This document shows positions 12,101-21,300 of a stretch of 64,000 nt of DNA, piece after piece. Position numbers and translations under genes: made by a program. The stretch spans positions 1 to 64,000 of the forward strand of contig JARQWU010000024.1 in assembly GCA_040182905.1 (NCBI GenBank). The letters run 5' to 3'. How positions within the stretch are numbered: the first letter of the stretch is position 1; every line of letters begins with the position of its first letter. The notes under the pieces were generated by a model. That model did not search any database. It had not been told where the DNA came from and was given only the letters and a program-made list of their open reading frames with translations. The DNA comes from Barthelona sp. PAP020. Its lineage: Eukaryota.

Positions 12101-12502
12101 ATCTTCAGTATATCCAAAACATTCAAATAATCTTTTTTTGTCCTCAGATAAAGTATTAAAATCAACCAATTCAATTAATGCTTTCTTTTGTTCAATTTCC
12201 TTGAATAATAAATCACGTGTACCTTCACATAATGCTAATTGACGTTCTTGACTTTTAGAAGATTCATTCAAAAACTTAGAAATTTGAACAATAGTTTGAT
12301 GAATTTCTCTTTGAAACAAATCATCTTTTGATGAAAAATATTTAGATAAACTTGATTTGGCTTGCTCAAAAACAGTTTCTTCAGAAATTTCAGGATAAGT
12401 GATATATTTTGAAGCAATATCAGATGTATTCTCCTTAAAATTAATGAGATCGTGAGTATTAAAAGCAAGTAATTCTCTTGTTTCAATGTTAACAGTGGCC
12501 AT
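3140..12502 (-). CDS. Giant HECT-domain E3 ubiquitin ligase (HERC-type HECT)
   Basis: C-terminal FKGEHSIDAGGPYNE, FLRFVWGRSRLP and LPTAGTCYFRLNLPSYSSKEILREKL with the catalytic Cys; 3120 aa with no intron. Confidence 0.92.
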   Translation of the reverse strand: MATVNIETRELLAFNTHDLINFKENTSDIASKYITYPEISEETVFEQAKSSLSKYFSSKDDLFQREIHQTIVQISKFLNESSKSQERQLALCEGTRDLLFKEIEQKKALIELVDFNTLSEDKKRLFECFGYTEDEFYGLTSALYLISSKMLMKYDEKVKFKTLNNLKSIVESNDEELSIKNWRADVLYQIVISVGEEMIRCKSPNLLNLTIDILLKIREIYPNVVISARVDFFMLQYVKIHEEINIGDYPMKNYTFCPLQGIYENKVGTFNVNMPKDLTKFIFFKANNRLFSYRVVGGEKDKEKKLYEVNDKGFNNFMNIKTGTHVCGFRNGLVFLNRSKDVGKMVFTYHDLETGNEETFKPFKIGRGNFFKEVTHITSDDSIIFLHNSGMGHMMGAYDICKNKVIKKSNSVDSFRMEKNSEFSSIVIFHGRDQIMNIYLNSETKKWCIHWDSTSSKDNSSEEIKREFNNVKNRLNELGAVNGYLDPVNGDLVYLYPIQQENKEEVEYKTITIKMNSLHYGKHISLNKRVIMDTYNIPKKIKKDADGNVIHEDITNNDFIRCFFRSAEYIGHISNYSHYSRILASFDQVKDTVIFSFDVFYDLFHLADVSYTWFEESLREYQNDTTEKTLFNVHKYFEIYHHSLYILYNNIQQLSYIGVDLRKIVEVEKIETFYQSLTKFIIEHLNRMNMINNDEFGLDISFILGNLQKIAFHYFALMDFTSKDIFIDLIDIFCKKELKSTELEYFYHVFEIFTENIPNYVEIFMNRNFETFTDILNHENPLTLMLFEKYLMLIDYILVYLDKNFEETSSKVIVTCLLKEIDHILERTMANVSHIYDIERFEKSFIIFQLPKILLNLILIKADLFNGNESLCRSIASKMSKIIFDLIESDHNENPLIDYCLKVYSQFFGFILSMQYSEALIVKNIQNNQGNSFINVFIESGMFDSLRDEKSVDSEHNLSPVLMEIYEFVEYLVENFKGKIFKYEIPQNSVITKLIEKLAAEIGPGTQPSARIPILIGKLSLVILVLYHLCHNAGDLFTVVDCLSNDSQTNDPILNVIIETLKRLFNEISVGIEGLRRHMNDEYRSKHNIDGTNRIIYPKLSQLLLKKLTFALKFKKMPLKANTIGMTALCPPSPTLNANSIKAELVSVDNDLVIDEIILKQRFLNKYLLKMLTESEIHIFQNYIESGASRIGAINSIFADYCDYVKNWDNNDCCGLSFSNILRSILNTNVKIVNINNITRFNDNKNFWNEESLISLFEINLPLSDSHDELFSFIITKNLNFDDKDDESVLHFIPYFIVANSAENLMTLYQNIIRDMDPQHIPENLRLPFVSMSRVVLANGLKTLASFAKSMMQDKLLQNIETILNKNKVTPLGKMLYELFDSNKEISIEDNDELDVPSFSICDDINMNDENSNTLYVEHFRELIENETVSALPMFIEHFEEVIILLDAMNFLTIDPLQLMNPSLLISGLIIFLTYGSAAMQYSSYRLLLKCFKTISTVIKENDSNFIKDVVYILFGLSCSNNISRENPKPFSKFNNFEKLFKFRAVVPNIFKDNKLEFNETVNYIHSKNVQHYSQILLRYLLTFESVEYKKKQKALKQLEFTMPNAQINDNLHKNNLWEKVIQNLINETFTEFITDFNFTAYDKFMKFIKDPDNKRTQIIDYGIQVSLLPLNKLSSIFNILGFDSIDYCIGDHVHFNFKANNDVDSRELDGLLVNSDFKCDGCTVFHELRGFIEINKKDILNVTWNNDIPKISTFDDYPLISEIFNQLFILRRGWDYDQALDRSKKSLATKKLFHIPNVIQMYEGLVKTRVNALGLLVNTFDKNDLKDFQKVLPISTILNMFKMLPGEIEPFLNKDEDENGLPIFPSFISGYTSSQIKNLSYLFNSLAMTTGRRDNTIREVTYKCYVDKKSASSNWLQFLDTTSDLLKGFQSNDYIKYNKKSKKLEFVYEVGELKVKDELNRTQFMESSETDIINCFGIYNKTKEMKIPVVILMNRKTNVNEVYQFNGEYCRFEQILDVDFKDENEWNKIQIHSEANTDQVKFDKKKDQSAYKFNLKNNLALCVKSPEILDFTLLSGQNISNYDDKNGTLLFINYFDQMILFNTLYQQMYLRDLIIRNLCNFAISVTDVNSLSKSQGLPNPSALVKKLMNQIINASYDNISGVLEFTNNLMNDESQYELRNLRMLQPVIVHIFDNLILDETNDELTSAIFDFSQYFFSLNDSFIESQHPLPTSDVESEPVSFFISKVDEYEITLDHKTNLKNAKLTFYDNKNHKIKEFTGEHSSLDKTPFIIRCNEFKYTWEHNETNKIYGFGFTIKPKANLVKYELPFSVHVIKMLLKDLKEQLSNFTSNKVIECSNILNYYFQLFIDYVWVNQHDTSLEKELSTLCEETKLLLLKLVALEQFPNLNWGMSSTDKLPMFIKQKLDNMMSDSRSTNSKPIIEELSILSLINSSIKSLHVADEYETLFNTLSLFNYGHLMEIQSFAKNKHFRREFLYSIFSPQHSHLGQAIPFETHHPARSYEYVLTIPANNELGYFMVFDPESVNHTITVEGYKNQTISDCSQIYRIETNRQRMTLRMNSSNNWGVRALLIPFGKPMPITHNLMTDDEFLLFERNVDRLMCDTFFQNLFMRILNNIDAIDAYRIGLFNKNDLPTYDKCTLTGNNIDILYKQLNIDQELFNQCDLSVQQAHYLIQFTTVIGSSLPLIFNFISKISEKDASLRNIFRVDTVLRNLIPAEIRVKQFKDQIENLLTNSGVHDINFNRIHENGKEPEPIFDQLCKASSNMSIDCWRNRNRMFKANFKGEHSIDAGGPYNELLSHLFDQVRENGIMFIATPNNVGNHGVDRDAMMPYPIVQSNVDWYTFGLLLGGLICGNHPVNFPVSSVFYSMILDIPFELRHLRLLDDGLYERVSLILKGYDTNGVELKEDNFDTFIQHQAMSFIDISGNEVDLIPNGSSIKLSWDNKDVYAAMLLELYPKQWISVINEVRKGFNYVIPAKHLNNLCENDLMYLVSGSNDYEVDYLFDTVGDGIPSDKCVTWLKEVLKEANPEIRAQFLRFVWGRSRLPKPCPSKFHLSMSGSGNRLPTAGTCYFRLNLPSYSSKEILREKLLVAITCINIDND

Positions 12503-13281
12503 TATTGAAAAAGAAAAAGAAAAATAGAATTTTATCTACTGGTTCAATTACTGAATCCTTTCTTAGCGATCAAATTATTTCCTAAAATGTAATCTCTAAC
12601 ATGTTAAATTAACTTTATTCTTCTTTGAAAATATTTTTTAAACCTCCACACATATTTTTCAAAAAAAAAAAAATTCATCCTCCTCTCAATTTTTTTCAAA
12701 AAGCAAAAATATAAAAATGTTCAACAAAAAGAATTGGAGAAAAAAGGAAAATTTATTTTTTCATTTTTTCAACAAAAGATTATTCATATAATATTTAATG
12801 ATGATACTGATGCAATAAAATGAATAAATATCAAAGTAGAAAGAAAAAAAAAAATAAAGTGTTGTTATCAAAAAAAAAAAACAATTTTGAAAACATCTTT
12901 CTTTCAAATAATTTTGTTAGTTCTTTTATTCAAAGAAAGGAAAATTAGACTTCACCATTTTTTCTTTGTGAAATTGTTAATTTAAACATTTATCAAATTT
13001 TGCAGTAATTTCCATCAATCAAAAACAAAACAATGATTAATTCTTTCAAACATTATGTTTTTTCGTAGAACACAATGAATTTTGTTCTACAATAAATACC
13101 TATTTTAAAAGCCTTCTAATCCCCATAATAACAACAATTATTTTAAATAGAAATCTAACCTTACGTTAAAAGAGGCTTTTAACCATTTAAAATTCAATAA
13201 GGGATCCAAAATAAAAGACTTATTAATTTATATATTATAATCACAAACTTTTTAATTGTACACATACACATAAAAAAGAAT

Positions 13282-16200
13282 TTAATCTTCAAGATATTGA
13301 GAAACAACATTGATAAAACCAATAAGACTTGAATCATTTTTTAATTCATCCAAAACAATCTTTATTAGGTCAAAAATCTCGGATTGATGCTTATCCATGT
13401 CATCAGAAGAAATTTCTTGAACAGCGTAAATGTATTGTGAGGCAAAACTCAAAAGAATGTGTTGATCCATAAAAGGAACTGTTGCAAGTAATTGTTTAAG
13501 ATATTTGACAATATAATCTGCCAAATATGCAGGATTTTGTGTTTCTAAAACACTTCTTAATTTATCTTCAAAAAATGGAACAAACCATTCAATTTCAATT
13601 TCAAAATCATTTAGGGATGGAATATCTGCTGAAGAGTTTTCTTGACTTTTTAAGACTTCAATTTTTCTCTCTTGAATTTCAATTTTTGTTATCAACTCTC
13701 CATTTTGTTCTTCAATCTTTTGCAACTTGGTCTTTAAAGCTGAAATTTCAGTTTCAAAAGATGCAATTTTGGTTCTTTGTTCTTCATTTTTCTTGTTAAT
13801 CTTTGCAAATGCTCGAGGGATATTTCTGTAACCTTCCTTAATATCAAGGACCTCCTTTGACAATTTTTTAAAGGACTCGTTTGAGTTCAGATCAATTTCA
13901 GTCTTCGAAGATACTGAAGCCTCTCTTTGAAGCAATATGCTTAATTTGTTGCTAAGATCTTCAGTTTTCTTGAAAACCTCCATTAAAGGTTTATTTAATG
14001 AAAGAATAAGTTGCTCTGACAATTCATGAGGCATAACATAACCAACATCCTCTGGATTTTCAATTTGTGTCGGTATTGACATTTTGGTATATTCATCCCC
14101 TGATTCACTGGATTTTTCGGTTTTTTCAACTTGGGCTTGGGGTTCCTCATTTTTCCTTGATTTGAAAGATTTTTTGCTCTTTCTGCTGGGTGTAGCAACA
14201 TCGGACTTTTCAACAATAGATGGAATTGAATCCCCATGAGATGAAAAATCAGTTTTTGTTGAAACTTCTGAAAGTTTCTTTTTGCTTTCCTTTGTTTTAG
14301 TTTTGCTTTTTTTATCTTCAATCTTTTTAATGCCATCATTCTTCTTTACAAGTTTTTTTGCAGGTTTAACAATGATTTGATTATCTCCAAACAAAGCAAG
14401 TTCCATATCTTGTTGTTTTTCTGTACTTTCTTTAAAACTCTCCGTTTCATCTGAATAGTCAGAAAGATCTTTTTGTTTATTGATCTCAGAAGGTTCTTCA
14501 ATAATTTTTTCAATTGGTTCTTGAGCAACTGGTTCCTTAATAACTGGTTCCTTAATAACTGGTACCTCAACAACTGGCTCTTCAACAACTAGTTCTTCAA
14601 CAACTGGTTCCTTAATAACTGGTTCCTCAACAACTGGCTCTTCAACAACTGGTTCCTTAATAACTGGTTCCTCAACAACTGGTTCCTCAACAACTAGTTC
14701 TTCAACAACTGGTTCCTCAACTTTTTCAAAATTTCCTTCCTCTTTGGATGAAACGATTTGTTCAACTGATTTATTCTCAATAATGGATTCTGACAATTTT
14801 GTAATATTTTCAACGGATTCCAAAGATTTATCAACAAAAGGTCCAACAATTTTTTCGACAAATTCTTCAACTCTCTTGTCAGTAATTTCTGAAGTTGATT
14901 CAAGATTATCTATATTCTCTTCTTTTTCAACAACTTCCATTTTTTCAAAGTTTTCAGAAACTTCAACTTCCTTGGAAACTTCTTCAACAGTTTCAACAAC
15001 TTCTTTAACAACTTCAATAACTTCCTGAATTTTATCTTCATTTTCAATTGTACCAAGAACTTGAGGTTTTTGCTCAAGTTCAATTTCAAAGGATTCAACT
15101 TCTTCTTCTTCAAGTTCTCCTTGTTTAAGTTCTCCTTGTTCTCCTTGTTTTCTCAAATCCAAAACATCAGGTATATCTACTATTGTTTCCTTTTCAATTA
15201 TTCTTTCCGAAATGGTTTCTACAACGTTTTCAACATTCTTTTCAGAAATTACTTGAACTGGATGTGATTCGACAGGCATATTAATACTTATCTCTGTATT
15301 ATCAATTACAACATCAGTAATTTCCTTTGTATTATCTTCAAAATCTGGAATAACATTTTCAATGATTTCTTTTTCAATAATATCGACATCTTTAGTTTCT
15401 TCAATAGTTTCAACATTTTTGTTTTCTTTCAAAGATTCGGTGGATTCAATAATTGCATCAGTGGTTATTTTTGAATCGATAATTTCAGATAATTCTTCAA
15501 TTTCTTCAGCTGTTTCTATTTCTTCAGTGAATAAATTGTTTGATATAGTGTTAGATGTAAGGTCAAGTGGTCTTTCATTACTCAATTTAATTGAACCATG
15601 AACAAATTCAAGATCTCTGATGGTGTTTGGTTTATCAAATAATTGCATATTTGCTGAATATTTGTCCAAATCAAAATTTATTTCAAAAAAGTAAGGTTTA
15701 GCATTCTTTAAACAACCTTTTTGACAACCAATCAATTTCCATTTCACACTTGTATATTCAACCAATTCACAACTAATTTCAGCAATTTTTTCAATATCTA
15801 CGAAATCGAATGAATATGTAATAAAATCATTTGCAAAATCTAGCAAAAAAAATTTATTTTCAGCTAAAAGCCCAAAAAAATTGGAAAAATTACAAACATT
15901 TTCCTGTGAATATATATTAATCAATCGAGCAAAAGTCAAATCAATATCTTTCGGAATTTTATAAAGAGTTTTGATCTCAAATTTATTCGTTATCGACATA
16001 ACAGTGTGATTGTCTTTGTTAATAAACAAATATTCGGGAACATAACCTTGAACATCAGGTAAAAACATTTTCAATGAATTATCACATCTCTGAATATACC
16101 ATTCTACTTTTGAAGGAAACATTGGAAAACTAGTGGTCCCATATATATATTTGTTGCTTGCAAAATCAAAATGTGCCAATGCACATGTTTTCTGTATAGA

Positions 16201-16857
16201 AGAGAAAAAGAAAAAACGCTTATCTAACCAAATTGGTGGTAAAAAAAACAAGTTTCTGTGAGTACTTTGCAAACTATCAAATAAATTGACATGTGGCACT
16301 TCTTTGAAATTTTTTCTCAATTTAGTTCCCTCATTTAGATAAAATTCCTTCAAATTAACATGATATAATGTTTGATTCTTTGCAGAATACAATGAAACAC
16401 TTTGAATTGAAAATGAATTATTCTTCAAATCAGGCAACAATATTTTATCGAACATTTCACAAAATTCTTCAAGCAAATCAACTTCTCCGATCAATTCATT
16501 TGATATATCATCATAATGTAATATAGATCTGATTATGTTGAAGGATTTAGTGGTCAAAACATAAAATATTACAACAATTTGTGGAGTATTTTGTACATTT
16601 TCAATAAAAGAAAAATATTTCACATCATGAATTATTTCATCTTTCTCCAATAAAACAGTGTATATTTTCTTTCTTTCAACATCAACAAATGATATCTCTT
16701 GCTTTTCAGAAAAAAATAATTGCCATTGATGAACTTTCATTTCATTAATGTACCCATCATTCAAAGAATGATTTAAATCATCTTTGTACATGTCATAATA
16801 TTCTTCTCTCAAGTCATTCATCTCAGTGATATTCTCCAATTTTTCAATCTCACTCAT
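13282..16857 (-). CDS. Acidic coiled-coil protein with EEPVV repeats; possible divergent EDC4/Ge-1/Varicose
   Basis: Beta-rich N-terminal ~430 aa, acidic low-complexity linker, coiled coil. C-terminal VLETQNPAYL...PFMDQHILLSFASQ resembles the EDC4 PLSQ.VLLSL.QQL motif. Confidence 0.45.
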   Translation of the reverse strand: MSEIEKLENITEMNDLREEYYDMYKDDLNHSLNDGYINEMKVHQWQLFFSEKQEISFVDVERKKIYTVLLEKDEIIHDVKYFSFIENVQNTPQIVVIFYVLTTKSFNIIRSILHYDDISNELIGEVDLLEEFCEMFDKILLPDLKNNSFSIQSVSLYSAKNQTLYHVNLKEFYLNEGTKLRKNFKEVPHVNLFDSLQSTHRNLFFLPPIWLDKRFFFFSSIQKTCALAHFDFASNKYIYGTTSFPMFPSKVEWYIQRCDNSLKMFLPDVQGYVPEYLFINKDNHTVMSITNKFEIKTLYKIPKDIDLTFARLINIYSQENVCNFSNFFGLLAENKFFLLDFANDFITYSFDFVDIEKIAEISCELVEYTSVKWKLIGCQKGCLKNAKPYFFEINFDLDKYSANMQLFDKPNTIRDLEFVHGSIKLSNERPLDLTSNTISNNLFTEEIETAEEIEELSEIIDSKITTDAIIESTESLKENKNVETIEETKDVDIIEKEIIENVIPDFEDNTKEITDVVIDNTEISINMPVESHPVQVISEKNVENVVETISERIIEKETIVDIPDVLDLRKQGEQGELKQGELEEEEVESFEIELEQKPQVLGTIENEDKIQEVIEVVKEVVETVEEVSKEVEVSENFEKMEVVEKEENIDNLESTSEITDKRVEEFVEKIVGPFVDKSLESVENITKLSESIIENKSVEQIVSSKEEGNFEKVEEPVVEELVVEEPVVEEPVIKEPVVEEPVVEEPVIKEPVVEELVVEEPVVEVPVIKEPVIKEPVAQEPIEKIIEEPSEINKQKDLSDYSDETESFKESTEKQQDMELALFGDNQIIVKPAKKLVKKNDGIKKIEDKKSKTKTKESKKKLSEVSTKTDFSSHGDSIPSIVEKSDVATPSRKSKKSFKSRKNEEPQAQVEKTEKSSESGDEYTKMSIPTQIENPEDVGYVMPHELSEQLILSLNKPLMEVFKKTEDLSNKLSILLQREASVSSKTEIDLNSNESFKKLSKEVLDIKEGYRNIPRAFAKINKKNEEQRTKIASFETEISALKTKLQKIEEQNGELITKIEIQERKIEVLKSQENSSADIPSLNDFEIEIEWFVPFFEDKLRSVLETQNPAYLADYIVKYLKQLLATVPFMDQHILLSFASQYIYAVQEISSDDMDKHQSEIFDLIKIVLDELKNDSSLIGFINVVSQYLED
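14509..14718 (-). repeat. Coding tandem repeat, 14 x 15 nt encoding (E/K)EPV(V/I)
   Basis: Repeated aacaactggttcctc/aataactggttcctt units; protein EEPVV EELVV EEPVV EEPVI KEPVV... Confidence 0.95.
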
Positions 16858-17017
16858 TTTTGATTTGTGACAAAAAAATTGAAAATGAACAGATTTCTTT
16901 TTGTTACTTGGTTTTTCTTTTTCTTGCTCTTTCCTTTCAATTTCTCCATTTATTTACTTTCATTAAAAGGTATATCCAAAATAATCAAAAAAAAAAAATT
17001 ATTTTTAAAGATAACAT

Positions 17018-17560
17018 TTATTCACAATCTTCCTCAATTTCAATACCACCATCATTTTCAATGTTTAAATCAATATTTGACACAGGTGGACGAATAACTC
17101 CCAAATCAACTAGATAAGGTATTTCTGCAGCAAGCCAAGGGGCTAATCCTAACGCTAAAGCATGAGCAATTCCAAATTTAGGGGCATTTCTGGCCCATAA
17201 TGGCATAAAATGCTCAGTTAAACAAATTTTTCCTCCACGATACATCTTGACAGTTTTTCCATCTAATTCTGGTAAACACAAAGCTGGATTTGTTTTTGGA
17301 TAACCAACAGGTATATCAAATTCTAACCTAAATTCATATCTAATATTGTTGTAAAAAAACCAACAATTTCCAAACCATCTACTTCCTCCTTGATTCATTT
17401 CCAAATGAAACCAATCATGTCCATTTTCTTTATTAATTTTGACAAAAGCAATCAATGCTCTCAATTCTTCTTTTAATCTTTCAACCCATTTTTTTCCATC
17501 TCTTGGACCTGCATTTATTGTGCATAAGGGTATTCTTTCTATGATATCTCGACTTGTCAT
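17018..17560 (-). CDS. UFC1: UFM1-conjugating enzyme UFC1
   Basis: [65 protein letters not shown]; likely ATG at 17560. Confidence 0.97.
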   Translation of the reverse strand: MTSRDIIERIPLCTINAGPRDGKKWVERLKEELRALIAFVKINKENGHDWFHLEMNQGGSRWFGNCWFFYNNIRYEFRLEFDIPVGYPKTNPALCLPELDGKTVKMYRGGKICLTEHFMPLWARNAPKFGIAHALALGLAPWLAAEIPYLVDLGVIRPPVSNIDLNIENDGGIEIEEDCE

Positions 17561-17632
17561 GTTTAAAAAAAAAATAATAAATTGAGTTTTTTTTTCAATT
17601 TTTTTTGAGAAGTTATTGTGATTTAATTCGTA

Positions 17633-18025
17633 ATGGTGCAATCAAAGGATTTATTTAATTCCAACAAGGAAAAAAAACCAATATCAAAAGTCAAACAATC
17701 AAAACAAAAAAAATTATCCAAAAAAGGAGGTGCCAGGGAAGCTGGTAAGAGAAAAATTGTTAAAAAAACAAAATCTGAAATTAATAGACAGTTTGACAAG
17801 GCAATTACTGAACATATTGAACAGGAATTAATATCTCAAGTTTCAAGAAAAAGATTTTCTATTTATAAGGTTGATCCAAATCACGTTGTGAATCAAACCG
17901 ATAAAACCACAAAAAAATATAAAAAATCGAAAGCGAAAGTTCAAAATGAGCCAGAAGAAAAACAAAGAGTTGAGGAAGAAGAAGTTGTTTATAATAATGA
18001 TGAACCAGTATGGATGGATGATTAA
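17633..18025 (+). CDS. Small basic protein, UPF0390/C19orf53 (Leydig cell tumor 10 kDa)-like
   Basis: MVQ...F start, Lys-rich region, KKGG, then I...IEQEL pattern resembling the C19orf53 family. Confidence 0.55.
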   Translation: MVQSKDLFNSNKEKKPISKVKQSKQKKLSKKGGAREAGKRKIVKKTKSEINRQFDKAITEHIEQELISQVSRKRFSIYKVDPNHVVNQTDKTTKKYKKSKAKVQNEPEEKQRVEEEEVVYNNDEPVWMDD

Positions 18026-18397
18026 AATTCATTATTTTACAATAAAAGTAGCGGCATAGTCTTTTGTTTCAAAATATAAATTTTCGGTTTTTTTTTTCTT
18101 GATTTTGAAAAACGATTTCCAAACATTTAAAAATTTGAGAATGGTACTTTAGATAATAAATGGATGAGAAACAAAGACTCTTTACAAGACTAAATGACAA
18201 ACATGAATTGATTGAGTTTTCACATTCTTTCAGTGGTTTATTTTTTATTCACAAGCCAAATTCTAAATAATCATTATGAAATTAAGTTAATTAGAAAAAA
18301 AACACAAAATTTTTTTTATTGGTTTGACAGTGATAAATCTTCACAATTTTACAATTGTATGTTATTCTTATTTGGTGATATTAGATAAAAAAAAACC

Positions 18398-21300
18398 TCA
18401 AATGATATAACTAGGAGAAGGAATGAATTCTTCAACAGCATGTCTTTTTTCCAAATCCATCTGACTCAATAATTCTGTCCAATCATCTGATAAGTTATGT
18501 CTCAATTGTTCAAAAGTATCAATGACTATACTCTTCAATTGTTTAAAATGTTTTCTTTGAATATCATTAGATATTTTAGTTGCCAAATTTGATGTAACAT
18601 TGACAAAACGATAAAGGATTTCAAAAATTTGATCACTGGTGAATAATGAAACGATATTAGCTGTGATACAAGACCCAATTGACAAGAATGCCCCTCTAAC
18701 AGCATTGAATTCAACCTTATCAGAATCATTCAAATAGGCTTCGATGACGTCAAAATCATAGTTTGTCTCTTTGATTAATTCACTAGGAGTTAATCTGTAA
18801 TACATCTTTTCAATTAATTTCAATGCACTTTCTCTAATATCAATATGTTGAGACAATAAAAATTTATTAAACATATTCACGTATAAAGTACCTTCAGGAA
18901 ATAGTGTATTTGGATCAATATTGGTCATACAAAACTCTAAAAACTTTAATTCAATGGAATAATGTAAAGACTTTTTTAGTAAAAATTTCTTCTCTCGGAA
19001 GATCAATTCACCTTTATCAATAACGTTAAACATATCAATAACTATTTTTGAAATTAAACCAGTTAAATAAGGTTCATTTGCATTCAAATCTAGCCCTCTT
19101 TGAAGAAAATCACTGGCATTTGCTGCAATGGGAACGCAACTATGATTTTGCAATATCAAAGCCAATTGAAACAATATAGAAACGTTTGTATTGAAAGAAC
19201 ATTGTATGGCATGTTCACAACTGCTAAAGATACCTGTAAAATAGCTAATGGTATTTGAATCGATTTCATCATCATTTTTACCAAAAATGCTTATTCCTTT
19301 AATGGCCATTTCTTCATATAATTTCAACAGAGAAGGGGGAATTTGACAATCTTTTAAGTCCAAATCAAATAAATCAACAACTTTTGTGACATAAAAATCA
19401 GAAGAAGAAATGGCTAAAGTAGATACAGATATGATATAACCCCGAGTAAATGCATTTCCATGTGCCAATATGTTGTTCAAAAGATCATATCCAAATGATT
19501 CAAAGAAATAGGTGCTATAACTTCTAATAAAAGAACAGAAATAAAAAGAAAAATATGTTGTATACAACTGTACATACAATTGATTCTTAGTTTCCTTGAC
19601 TAAACTCAAATAAAGATCAATAAATGGTTTAAAATGCCTAGGATCAGTAGGTAAAACATCCATCAAATTAATCCTGCTAAAACTTTGTACCAATTCATTA
19701 TGAAATTCTGTAATTACCAAATATTTCTTCAATAATGGTGTAAATATCTCAAAGAAACGTTTATAAGTGGAAAAATGCATATAAGGAATTCCAGAAACAA
19801 ATCCATGGAACATGGTGGCAAAAGCCATAGCTCTAGTCTCAATGACTATATCTTCATTATCAAAGAACTCCATACTATCATTAACAAGGTCTAAAAATGG
19901 TAATTGACCTAATCTAATCAAATGACTAAAAACACCACTTACAAATTTAATACCATTAGTTCTGTTGGCAAAATTTAAGAAGAATGTTTTCATTCCATCA
20001 GAATTTGACAAAATATCAATGATTACATGCCCAAATTTAGATAAATGAGCCTTTTCAAAAACTTCAAATTCCCCATTAAAAATACGAGGAAATTTAGTAT
20101 CCAAAGTACGGAAAAGATTTAATGCTGAATATGGTAATGAATGGTAGGTTCTAGCATTGTCAATTTTGCCAAAGAAATCAAATTCATTTACCCAATCATT
20201 AGGACTAATGAAAGGTTTTAAGTTTTCATATTCCATGAGTTCATAATTAGGCCAATAATTCATCATGATCTCCATCAATAATAAACTGATGAACAATACT
20301 GAATTTTCAAATACTCTTTCTGTTGAAATGAACTCTAAAACTAATTTGAAGAATTCAAACACATAATCAGGATTATTGGAAGTAAAATTTCCAATTATTA
20401 CTGGAATAGGTAACAATACTTCCATAAACATCAATTGTGCAATGAATAATTTTCTATATCCTAGCAAACCATTAAAATTATGCTTGATTTCAGGTATCAA
20501 TTCCAAAATGATTGCATCTCGACGTAAAGATTCCTTACTTTGAGCTAAAGTAATGGATTCAAGCATCTTACAATCCAAATAATCATCTCCAATCAAAACT
20601 TTCGTTCCATCATTCAATTTTTTATCTGTGATATTTCCAAAATTATTACTCTTTGTAAACGAATACAATGAAACCGTTTGTGTACTGATCTTTTCAATAT
20701 ATTTTTTTTCACTTGATTCTCCTTCCCATAATAATGGAATGACATCAACAATCTTATGAATTTTGTGAAATTCTAAAATTTCTTCAAACATGAAACCATA
20801 AACATTATACCTTCTCTTTGTTTCTCTACGATTTATAAAAGATATTAGTTGTTTATTGTAATGCTCATCTACCAATTCACTTTCAGTAGGATACATTAGT
20901 TTCAATGATCTTTGGAAAAAATTCCTTTCAAAATGTACATTATCCAGTGGTGGAATGAATATTGTTCCAGCAACACTAGTTGGATCAACATAACCAAAAA
21001 AATCGAATAGCAAGTCAAATTCAACCTTTTGAAATCGGTTTATGTTATTAACACTACAAATCAAAGTATATAAAGAACTGAAAGAATTCATTGCAAAATT
21101 GACAACACATGAAACTGACCAATTAGTAATGTTAAAAGGTAAAGTTTCTGAATGAACTGATAATGCTTTGATAGTAGGAGAATAGAAATTTTGTGCCACA
21201 CTACAAAACCAATCTTCTATTCCTGCCCAATTACCAAAGACAAAGGAAGTAAAAACATTCGATATTTGTGAAGATGCAAACAAATCGTAAATTTTTAATT

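Noticed and set aside
14509..14718. Regular repeats as a possible CRISPR array
   Set aside because: Contiguous 15-nt coding units with no unique spacers, in a eukaryotic context.
18160..18270. Short ORF MDEKQRLFTRLNDKHELIEFSHSF... in a spacer
   Set aside because: About 36 aa, no recognisable motif and no supporting evidence.
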